Assembly: GCF_964355755.1 (NCBI RefSeq) | Contig: NC_092672.1 | Location: 29,332,437-29,396,436, forward strand | DNA: 64,000 nucleotides | From: Antedon mediterranea | Taxonomy: Eukaryota; Animalia; Echinodermata | Direction: 5' to 3' | In this document: piece by piece, positions 52,520-63,405 of the stretch | How the letters are laid out: every line of letters begins with the position of its first letter | Numbering within the stretch: the stretch's first letter is position 1 | The notes under the pieces: model-generated | What the model saw: only the letters and a program-made list of their open reading frames with translations | What the model was told of the DNA's origin: nothing | Databases searched by the model: none | Translations under genes and position numbers: made by a program

Positions 52520-52910
52520 TATCACGCGTCATGTGATCTTCACGACTGTAAACATAATAAAACAAATAATTTGATTTTGTGCTTGTTGATTTCATGAATC
52601 TTGTTGATTCAACAACGAAAGTAACAGATTCGGTCAATTCCCACGGCAGCCCGTGGCTCGTGGTCGATCATCTGCGCTCTCGTAACAATAGAAGCTCGTG
52701 GCTTTCCCACGTCCACGCGAATTACAATGTAATTAAATACGCCACAGTCGGTATCGCTTGCGACGGTCTGAATATACCGCACGCTTCGCGTGTAAACAAA
52801 GGGATGTTTAGGCCTAACTCATGTGTTTGTTGTCCACGGAACACCACGCAAGGACGCTATTTTGAAGGGGACGTGTTAGTTGTTTCGATCGTGTGTCACG
52901 TGGCTGGCAA
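52520..52910. promoter_or_regulatory. Candidate distal Notch-responsive / HES-autoregulated enhancer
   Basis: TTCCCACG at 52638 and 52704; CACGCG/CGCGTG at about 52523, 52715 and 52788; CTCGTG at about 52657 and 52695; CACGTG at about 52897; locally CpG-rich. Confidence 0.55.
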
Positions 52911-53221
52911 CTGCTATAGCAACTGTTGAACGTGTGGTACCAACATAATGTGCCTACATAATAACTTAACGCCATAGTGGTAATTTAAATCAACAAACAC
53001 GTTGGTGTACTTTTTCTCTGTAATATAAAATCAAAAGCTAAAACGCCTAGACAATAAATATACTTTTCAAGAATCTGCAAGTTAATTGTAAACGGTTTTG
53101 GACCGTTACAGACAAACAAACAATAATAATAATGTTTTTCAATATTGATTATTGTAGTAAATGGCTTTAATGGTTTTAAAGAAAAAATATTATAGAAGAT
53201 AACATAACATGGTTTAACAAG

Positions 53222-54050
53222 GCTCAAACTAAATCATCCTTAACAAATTACTTAAGATATAAAAATGAACCTAAAATGGAAAAATACTTATTGGAAAAAC
53301 GTAGCTACCATGCATCAAGTCTAAAATTCAAAGCTCGTTCTAACTCATTACCACTCGAAGGAAGAAAGGAAGCTTGGTCACCACAAAATTTAGGATCGTG
53401 TTTGTTATGTAATTGTGGTGAAAAAGAAACAATTTATCATTTTGTATTCAATTGTACTAGATTAATAAATATTAGAAACTCAATATTTAAACAACTTAAA
53501 GAAGATCTATACCACAATGATTTGCATAAAATATGGGACTTATTCACGTCAAGCTCATCTGAACTTAAATATCACCTTTTTTTTGACGACCTAGAAATTC
53601 ATGAAGAATATCAAATCCAATGTATAAACAATATTAACTACCGGTATTTATTAGCAAGTAACATCTTTGACAAATATTGTAAATTATTTTTAACAACTGC
53701 ATGGAAAGAACGCAACGAAATTTATAATATCCGTCCATAACACAATCTTTTACTTTTCGCTCAAATGTATTGAATGTATTTTTATAACCTAATGTTTATA
53801 TACTTTTTGATGTAATAATTTATAATGTTTGTATTCAATCAATCAATCAATCAATCAATAATTTTTATTTCTCAAATAAAAACACAAAAAAACAGTTAAC
53901 ATTTTCTAAAAATAATAGATAATAAATGAGAAAAAGGTATTTGATTGTGTAGTAAGATAAGTCCATATTTATTTTGTTGTTGTTGCACATCTCTTGAGAA
54001 TTGTGCCTCTGTTATAAAAGAGAAACAATAAAGTTATTATTATTATTATT
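53222..54050 (+). mobile_element. 5'-truncated non-LTR retrotransposon (ORF2 C-terminal zinc knuckle plus 3' UTR)
   Basis: ORF 53276-53740 contains CLLCNCGEKETIYHFVFNC (CCHC motif C-terminal to LINE RT); downstream AATAAA plus (TTA)n tail at about 54028-54050. Confidence 0.75.
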
Positions 54051-54255
54051 ACTGCAGTTTCCTGGCGGAGAGGGCGTCATTTCAATCAGAGCCATTTTTA
54101 TTTATTTATTTATCTGTTGACCATGCACTTCGTTCCAAGAGACAAAACAGAACATAACATATTGAAAAAGAAATACAACAATAACTAAACTAAAAACAAT
54201 TTACAAGCAACAACACAATACTATAAATCGATCATTAGGAGTACTTTAAACAGGG

Positions 54256-54600
54256 GATGCTAGTCAAGTCGCCCCATCGCAAAGTCGCCCCATACAAAGT
54301 CGCCCCTTACACAGTCGCCCCATCGCAAAGTCGCCCCAAAACAAAGTCGCCCCGACACAGTCGCCCCATCGCAAAGTCGCCCCATCACAAAGTCGCCCCA
54401 ACGCAAAGTCGCCCCATCGCAAAGTCGCCCCATCACAAAGTCGCCCTATCGCAAAGTCGCGACTTTGTAATGGGGCGACTTTGCGATGGGGCGACTGTGC
54501 CGGGGCGACTTTGTTTTGGGGCGACTTTGCGATGGGGCGACTTTGTATTGGGCGACTTTGTATGGGGCGACTTTGCGATGGGGCGACTTGACTGGATCCC
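54256..54600. mobile_element. Mutator/MULE-like foldback element built of AAAGTCGCCCC subrepeats (about 17-bp period)
   Basis: The left arm carries tandem AAAGTCGCCCC and the right arm its reverse complement. Perfect 9-bp direct repeat TAAACAGGG at 54247-54255 and 54601-54609. Confidence 0.85.
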
Positions 54601-55307
54601 TAAACAGGGAGGTATAACATTTAATGTTATACCTCCCTGCTTTAAAGTTAGAGGATCGTTTCTCTCATGCAGAACTTATGTTTACAAAATGTATCAAATG
54701 AATTGTATGATTTATTAGAAAAAGGGACATACTTTCCAACTAATATAAAACTTAATTTGTTTTTATCATTTGCATTTACAAATAATGCCTATAGGTCATA
54801 ATCATAGAGGGTCAAATCATTTTCTAGATTGCTTAATGTTCTTCTTTTCTAATTTTGTCAAAAGCGTTAGGCCTACAGAATGTTTATAACTAATTAGTGT
54901 ATAATCCAAAGGAAAATGACAATACTGTGGGTATCAGTGGCTGCATCTCAATGAAGATACAAAAAAAGAAAAGCACTGAAAAATGGCAATGCTGTGGGTA
55001 TCAGTGGGTGGATCTCAATGGAGATACAAAAAAAATAAGCACTGAAAAAATGACAATGCTGTGGGTGTATCAGTGGCTGGTTCTCAATAGAAATACAAAA
55101 TAAAATACTCAAAAATTAAATTGAATTCTACTTCTTTTAGTGATAATTTTATATTGATCATTAAATATACGGATACAAATAAGACTTGATTATTATCATT
55201 ACATAAAATCATTGAATGATAGAAGCATAAACAAATTGTTTAAGCTGATAAAGAAGAACAAATCATCAAAATACGCCGCCAATGTGTTGTGTTATAAATA
55301 TTATAAA

Positions 55308-55490
55308 CATTAAGCATGGAGGAAAAAATAATTATTTTTTTTCCTCCATGCATTAAGTAAGTGCTGGTGGGTTAATTGCATTAAATCATGGAGCTTATTT
55401 TTCCATGATTAAATCAAACCCCAGATGAAATTCCATAGATAGAGCAGGGAGTTGTAAAATAATTATTATTTTACAACTCCCTGGATAGAG
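55308..55490. mobile_element. Three adjacent short CA...TG hairpin inserts with 7-bp target duplications (putative P-superfamily excision scars)
   Basis: CATTAAG|55315-55350|CATTAAG; ATTAAAT|55387-55407|ATTAAAT; GATAGAG|55445-55483|GATAGAG. Confidence 0.7.
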
Positions 55491-56399
55491 TGTCCTATTT
55501 TTTGTTTCGAATCAACAATTTTCTCAGATTTATTATTGTAACCGGTTTGACAGTCTCACACCATCCTTATTTCTCTGGTATTGAAAACACACATTTGGCA
55601 CATTGTTTTAAAATTTTATTTATTATTTAAAAAAAACATAGGCTGTCATTATTAAACTATACGCATAGATAAGGAGTAGATTAATGTGCCCAGGAAAGAG
55701 TAACACACTCTTCCTTCCCTGAGCCTAATCATATAGATACTGTTCTATACGTGGAACTCGTGCTCATTTGTTCTGCTGCCGCTGCGTGTGAACATGGTTA
55801 TGTTTTCCTATTCAAACACGATTATCACATCTAATGGCCGCGAACTTTTCAAACAGTCTTTTAGCTTCAATGCTTCTACTTTTTTTAAATTCTCTTCCTT
55901 TAGATATCCGACTTGCTCCAATTAAATTTTCTTGCTCTTCCTTCAAATTTCTGCTCAAGAACCATCTTTTTGTTTAGTTGCTTCCTTTTCCTATCTTTTC
56001 TTCTGAGATGGTCAATTTAATAAAAATTTAGTTCATTTCATTTTTTATTCTAAATTGTTTGTGTATTATGTTATCTTTACACATTTTTATTTAATTTTTA
56101 TTTTTAAATGTTTATGTCTCGTCATGATATATTTTTGTGAGGGTCCCTAATGATCAGCTTTGGCTGAATGGACCACCCTCGTAAAATATTGTTAAAATAT
56201 TGTTAAATATAATAAAATAAAATAAATAAATAAATTATAATAATTCGTGCTCCAAGGATCTGCTATTAATGCCCGTGCGTGCACTCGCGCTCTGCTGCTT
56301 TCTTATAAACGTGTGGCACCTGCAGCGTCCTCCTGCTGCAAACGCGGCTAATGGCTAATTACCTCTCCTACCATAAACGCGTGTGCACGCCCGTTCTGC

Positions 56400-56790
56400 T
56401 GCCTTCTTCTGAAACGTTTGGCGCATGTGACACTCGCGTCTTGTTGTTGCAAACGCATGTGACACTCGCGTCTTGTTGCAAACGCATGTGACACTCGCGT
56501 CTTGTCGCAAACGCACGTGACATTTGCGTCCTGTTGTCGCAAACGCGTGTGACACTTGCATTCTCTTGTCGCAAACGCGTGTGACACTTTTGTTCTGTTG
56601 TCGCAAACGCTTGTGACACTTGCGTTCTCTAGTTACAAACGCGTGTGGCACTAGCGTCTTCTTATCGCAAACACGTGTGATGCTTGCGGTCTCTAGTCAC
56701 AAACGCGTGTGGCACTAGCGTCTTCTTATCGCAAACGAGTGTGACGCTTACGTCGTGTCGTCTGAGTCGCGTATGAAACTTGCGTCCTCC
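56400..56790. repeat. CpG-rich minisatellite of about 29-32 bp (TGTCGCAAACGCGTGTGACACTCGCGTC-like)
   Basis: About 11-12 diverged copies seen directly. Confidence 0.85.
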
Positions 56791-59149
56791 TGTCACATCA
56801 CTTTAAAGCATTGTCATAAAATTGTCACAATAACAACACAAAAGAATATTTTAAAGTAAAAACACAATTAAGAAAATGAATAAGAAGCTTGGTACGGTTC
56901 AGACAGAAATGGGTGTGTGTATAAGCACAACAAATATGATACAATATTAACGTATGCCTAGTAATTAATTCCTGCTATAGGTCCGATAAGTACGCATATT
57001 TTATCACGAGAGGATTGGCACCAGCTCCTCCCCGGCGCGGCCTGTTCATTCAACTTACAAAGGGTATAGGCCAATGTGCTATCATCACATCTGCAAGTTA
57101 ATTATTGTATATCATTATTTTTCACGGCAGTTTTGACTGTCCATACATACTAACATTTATAAAATGTCTAAACATTCTTAATAAACCGAATGCGTGGACG
57201 CCACGTGAGCGGAAAGGACAGCTAGCGCGGACGTACGCTTTGGAGTGCGGATGTTGTATGTCACCAACGTCATCAGGAGAGGCGTTAACCTCGCGTTGAT
57301 AGCAAAGCAGGAAACCTATGGATTAGAAGAATCCAATACACTTCCTTAGGGAATTGTATATTCCAGCATAATTATCATCATCTGTTGTTTTGTTCTTATT
57401 ACTATTAGTTTTTTTGTTTTGTTTTTTTGTTTAATATTTTTTTTAATTCCTTTGTTTTAGGCCGATATATTTTTTTATATTAAAAAATAATAATTTTTAC
57501 AACAGGCGGTGGAATTGCAAAACACGCTCCAATAAAGCAACAAAAGAGGGACGCTGACCAATAATAAATTAAAGGGGAAAAGACTAAAATTAATAACTTA
57601 ATTCTACAGTCTACATTATTTCATTTCAATTCATGATAATTATTTGTAAAGGAAAGGTTCTTCCATACTTTGTACAAACAAAGCAACTAGGCAGAATAGA
57701 TATAGTCAACGACGTTATAACTTGAACATTTTAATGCACTAGGCCTATATGAAATTGTTAACACGAACGGTAGAGATTCGAACCCGATCCCATTTGACCC
57801 CGTTTGTGACTTGTTCGGACCCTGTTTGAAATTAAATTATTAAAATGCATTATGCATTTTATTCATTAAGCATTAGCATAATGGCGCAAACTATGAACTG
57901 ACTTTTGTGATAATAAAAGTAACATCTATCTATTTCTCAACATTCTTTCACACCATTCGTATAGTTAGGCCTATGGCATTCCCCGATAAGTTAAAACATC
58001 CCAGAGGAAAGTACCTATCACTGGAGAGACATACTGTCCCATGCTTACGTGCATTAGATTGGCCACTATATAACTATTTAACTGAAATATAACAATAATA
58101 CTTTTTATGGGATTGATGTATGTTTTAGTGAATCTTTTTTTTTTATAAATCGTGATGTTATCTAGGACATGTATGATGTAATTGTGAACTTTTTGTTTGT
58201 TTTACTATTATTTCTATCGAGGAAAACAATTTTTCCATGTACATATTTTTACTCTATAGTTCACTTTGTCGGTCGGTCGGTCTGTTTGTCGGTCCGGTAT
58301 CACTATGCGTTTTAGCACGCGACTTATGGCTGTTGGCCTCGTTATATATAGAGCAAATATTTGATTTGATTTGGATTTTGATCGCGTGCACTTTTTCTAA
58401 ATCGTTTTATTAATTTTCTGAACTCAAGAGGTCAAAAACAAATTGTTTTTCCAAAAGTCAATTATTACAAACAATAACTGCCGCTGGTTATAATATGTCT
58501 CTCTGGGAATACTTCGTTCTTTTTATTAATAATCTAGACAGAAATATTGAAAATCTCCCGTGCTGGTTATTCCACTTGCTGAAACTCTCAAAGGGATGAT
58601 ACTTCAGACAAATGACCAAGGCAGATAAGGACAACGCTGGACCACTGATCATATGCTGGACGTTGACCGGATAATATATTCAAATTTATTTGTATTCAAG
58701 GAAGAGTAAACGTACAGTAATTTACTATAATGTTTCTCTTCCCTGGTTACATTTACACTGTTTATTTATGTGACCTTACATTTTTTTTTTTTTTTTTTAA
58801 ACCTTACATTTACCTTTGATATACATTTTATCTTTGTAAATTGTGATTTTCTATTTATTGTTTCAATCCCTCTTGTTGTTTTAATGAATAAAGATACCGA
58901 AAATAATAATAAAATACTGGTACAACATATACAGTTAGTTGAATAGAAGAAATGAATATGCTAGAATATGATTATGTTAAGAAAGGTAGGCCTATGCTAA
59001 AATGATTATGTTAAGAAATGAATATGTTTAAGAAAATGAATACGCTAAGAAATTAATACGCTAATGTGTTAAGAACTTAACATTTAAGGATATGTACTGT
59101 AGGCCTATATGTTAAGTTATGAATATATGAAATGAATATATTTTTATTG

Positions 59150-59482
59150 AATTGAAATTTATATTTATACTGGGTAACCTCTTCAGTCAAAGACTGGTCT
59201 TCCAGAGGGCCCAGTTGGTGATCAGTGGCTGTGATGTACTTATACACCGGGGTAACCATACTCGTCTCGAAAGATGTACTAGGTTCTTTAAAGTGCACAC
59301 GAGCTAGATGTGTACACTGGACCATGGAGATACCTCCATGACTGGACCTACGGTTTATAGTCCTTATCCGAGAAGACTCGTTCTACCACCAGAACCATGG
59401 AGTGAGTGAGCCTTGAACCCCTGCCGATGTTATGGCTACGTAATTACGGTTCCACTGTCTTAACCGCTCGGCCACTCACTCA
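59150..59482 (-). mobile_element. tRNA-headed SINE with Deu/Nin-like central domain
   Basis: Minus strand: TGGCCGAGCGGTTAAGAC...GGGTTCAAG head, then TCTTCTCGGATAAGGACTATAAACCGTAGGTCC...GCACTTTAAAGAACC, resembling the recalled Deu domain. Confidence 0.7.
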
Positions 59483-59498
59483 CTTTAGTAATTAAAGA

Positions 59499-60213
59499 AA
59501 AACAAGGCCAACAGCCATTAAGTCGCCTGCTACAATGCATAGTGATACCGGACCGACAGACAAACAGACCGACAGACGGACAGACCGACAGACAGACGGA
59601 CCGACCGACATAGTGAACTATACTGACCGAAATTACTGAACATGTTTAAAAAAATGTTGAAATGTTTAAAAACATTTATATTTTTTTAATTTACACGTGC
59701 GTAGCCTGTCACTTTTGACGTGCTCGTATAACGTAATTTTCGAGTTGAAAAGTAAGTCAAGAAAACAGAAATCGGGCAAAAAGAGTGCGCAATAACATTT
59801 AACGCGCACTGCGCGCGCAAAAATCTGCGCACTCATGGCAATTTTGTAAACGCTTAAAATTGCCTGAAACGTACTCTTATTTCATCGAAAATAAATTTTG
59901 AAAATTTTAGGCGCGCGTACGCATGCGTTACATGCGCTACGCACGTAATTGTATTGCCATATGATGATTTATGCCCTGAAATTTATGAGTACCAAATTTT
60001 ATTTAATTGTGATTCATGGTTGTTAAGATATGATTACAAACGTGATTTCGTTAAATCGTGCGTAGACCGCGTAATTTGTTATTGCAAACCGTGAAAACAT
60101 AACCACATCGATTCCTGGCCATAAGGAATATTCTGTGAAAAATTGACTTAGCTAGATTAAACTGATATCAAGATAAGGTCATAAAGCGATAAAACGCATA
60201 GTGATACCGGACC

Positions 60214-60248
<35 letters not shown>

Positions 60249-60350
60249 CGACAGACAGACCGACAGACAGACCGACAGACAGACAGACAGACAGACAGAC
60301 CGACCGACCGACATAGTGAACTATAGAGTCGCTTCCACGCGACTAAAAAT
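59499..60350 (-). mobile_element. Helentron/DINE-like non-autonomous element with (GACA)n microsatellites
   Basis: Terminal hairpin AGTCGCTTCCACGCGACT next to an A-run; (GACA/GACC)n tracts at about 59550-59610 and 60210-60312. Related fragments at 58250-58345 and 22763-22860. Confidence 0.6.
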
Positions 60351-62981
60351 TAGTTGAATAGCATTTTGATTTTTGATTACACACTTAGTTCATGGAACTT
60401 TTCATGATTTATATTTATTTAACTAGATTTTAAACAGCTATGGTGCAGGCCTACCATGAAGGAAAACATTGAAAATTGGAGCCCTAATAAGGGGACATGC
60501 TTTCCCATAAAATTAACAAGGGGCCATGTAAGCCTATAATATTGTTAATACGGTCATTCAGCTGTTGGTCCAGAAGTTTTCCCCTTAGAGGTTATGGTCT
60601 GATATAAATGTTAAATTTTGGTATGCAGAGCAACATTTTTAAAGAATATTTGTTTCTTTTTGTTTTTTCCTAATTCGATATAAACCAAAAAGTTTATTAT
60701 TGATTTTGAATACATTATTATTTAAAAATTTCTGAAAAGAACTGTCGAGTTTCTCGACGATTTGATCAATTATACTTTGATCGTCCTCTTGAGAGCATTC
60801 TCACTTTTGATGACGATCAAAGTATAGATCGAAACATGGAGGTAAAAAAACTTCCAAAACTATGGGCCTATACGTGGTGTATATCAAACTTTATATCAAC
60901 ATCTGGATATAGTGTGTTAATCTTTGTAAAATATCTATTAATAATAATATAATGTTGCAATTGTAACAGTTCGCATTCAGTATCAAATTCCAAGTTATCT
61001 CACTTCGGCAGACTTTGTTGGATTTATATTTTCAATAAGAATGAAAACAGTAATACAATGTACATATTTTTAAGGAGAGGTTAGTTAAATGTGGACAGAT
61101 TAGGTAAAGAAATCCTATCAAATTTAAACCCTGTAACCTCCGGGAGTTCACCTGTGATTATACAAATACATAGCCCAGGGTACCGTACGCGTCCACACAC
61201 CTCGATTCACTATTCTCCGAGCCGTGATCAAGAATGGAGATATCCTGATAAAAAAAAATATCAATATTTTTTTACTAATAAATTGCATTATTAGTAGAGT
61301 ACTCAGCCGGAAGGTATAATTTCCTTATCACAGATAATCACAGCTCGTAGAAAAATAAGGGGGTTTAAAGAGAACGTTAACCGGTGGAAACTTTTCTTAA
61401 TTGGATACCTTTTACCAGGGCTTGGAACTCAGCTAAGCCGAAATATCAACAATTCGAGTTTATCCTAAAAACGTGCCTATTGTTTGGTTTGTGACTTAAC
61501 GAGACGGAATTTCACTTCATTAAACACGACCGATTAAACAGTAAAGCAGTTTAGATTTATGCTTGTTCTCCAAACTAAATATTTGTTAAATATAAAATTG
61601 TTTTTTCCGAGGTTTAATAATGTATGTTTTTCTAAAAGAATAAAATAAGTAGTTAGTCAACAGAAACTACAGCGTAATTATCTACCAACAAACGTGACAT
61701 TACTACTATTGTTTATTTTATTTATTCTTTAAAAATGTTGCTCTGCATACCAAAATTTAACATTTATATCAGACTATTGTTTTTGTATTGAATTTTGTAA
61801 TTGGTATGGACGCACCATCTACGCATGTGTGCCACTGTTAAAAAAGTGTTGTTCCAAATAAATATTATTATTATTACTAGGATTCTCAGTGAGCTTATAC
61901 TGTTAGGATTGTATTAAAAGTATTCATGCAAATTCCGTGAACAGCATCACATGTGTTTCACATGTAACGCCTGTATCCAACCTACCCTTAACCAGGGAAT
62001 TGAGGAGAACCGAATCTTCATGTTATGCTGTATCACCGAATTTGCATAGATATTGAAAAAATATCGTCATATACGGTCACCGACCGAGAATCAAGTGAAT
62101 CACAAAATCTATTATAACATTCGGGTTAGGTTAGGCTAGGCTTAGCTCTCTCTACATTATCAAACTTTATGTGACAAAAATGCGATGTATCCATGATTAT
62201 ATGGACATGATATATATCTACCATATTTAAGCATATCACTACCATATTTGGGCACATCACTTTGTTTGGTCAAACTAGTTTGATAGTGTAGATAAAGCTT
62301 TAGTATTTTTTTACAAAATAAATCATATATTGGTGATTGAAATTGCATAATAAGAACAAAGTCAAAGATTATTTGTATTTTATGCAATGACGTATCCTGA
62401 ATTCATGAAAGGAGTGTATATAGTGTTGGATTTGATTGAGCCCCACCGAGAATTCCCAAGCTTAAACTGTAGGCTCTCTGGGCTTAACATTGTCCAACCA
62501 CATTGATCAGTTCCTTTCATTTTTTGCAGTGAAGAAAAGTCTTGCAGTAGGCCTATTACCCGGGGTACCACAAAAAGAACCCATTATTCTAATGTATAGG
62601 CGACAACTCCCTGATGCGTTTCACAAAACCAAATGCTGGATATAAATATACACGATAGGTCTAAACTAATTCAGTACGGAACTTCACACAACCAATTTGT
62701 GTAGGCCTACTGGAAATTTTTTGGATTCCATGTAGGCTAAATACAAAACATCGTTGGGAAAACCATGGAGAAATAATTCTCCATGGGAAAACAAACAGGC
62801 TGCAATATCGATTGGAATTTTATTCGTAAAGACCCTAATTGAGTTACCTTAATTCTATACAGATCATCAGATTTTAACTTTCTGCCGTTTATCGTTTTCA
62901 TTTTCAATTCAATTTCTTTTATTTCTTATTATTTCTTTCTTCCTTAACCGAGTTTATAAAAAAGCTAACATTCTATGTGGA

Positions 62982-63405
62982 AGATTTTAACTTTCTGCTT
63001 ATAAATAGTGAAATATATATAGAAAACACACAGTTGTGTTTATCGTTTTGGTAGAGTAATTCTTTGCAGGTTTGGATCAAGGATAAGACCTTAATTGAGT
63101 TTCAAAAAACTTAAATTCTATGCTAAAGATTTTAACTTTCTGATTAGTGAAATATATATAGAAAACACACAGGTGTGTTTATCGTTTTGGTAGAGTGATT
63201 CTGGATCGAGGGTAAGACCTTAATTGAGTTTCAAAAAACTTAAATTCTATGCTAAAGATTTTAACTTTCTGCTTAGTGAAATATATATAGAAAACACACA
63301 GGTGTTGGTAAACAGACGCGTTATCGAGAGGCATTCATTGAAACTTTAATTAAGTTTCACAAAAACTAAATTCTATGCTAAAGATTTTAACCTTCTGCTT
63401 AGTGA
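62982..63405. repeat. Tandem repeat of about 115-140 bp (3-4 copies)
   Basis: AAGATTTTAACTTTCTGCTTAGTGAAATATATATAGAAAACACACAG recurs. Confidence 0.8.

Noticed and set aside
52579-52929. 116-aa ORF (and the 111-aa ORF at 45045-45380)
   Set aside because: Non-ATG starts, no domain features or convincing splice context; they coincide with GC-richer regulatory-like patches.
54257-54718. 153-aa SP/RP-rich ORF
   Set aside because: Translation of the foldback element's subrepeats.
59400-59482. tRNA gene (also the tRNA-like heads at 4322, 10180 and 17210)
   Set aside because: A and B boxes are present but there is no complete cloverleaf, and they belong to SINE families seen elsewhere in the window.
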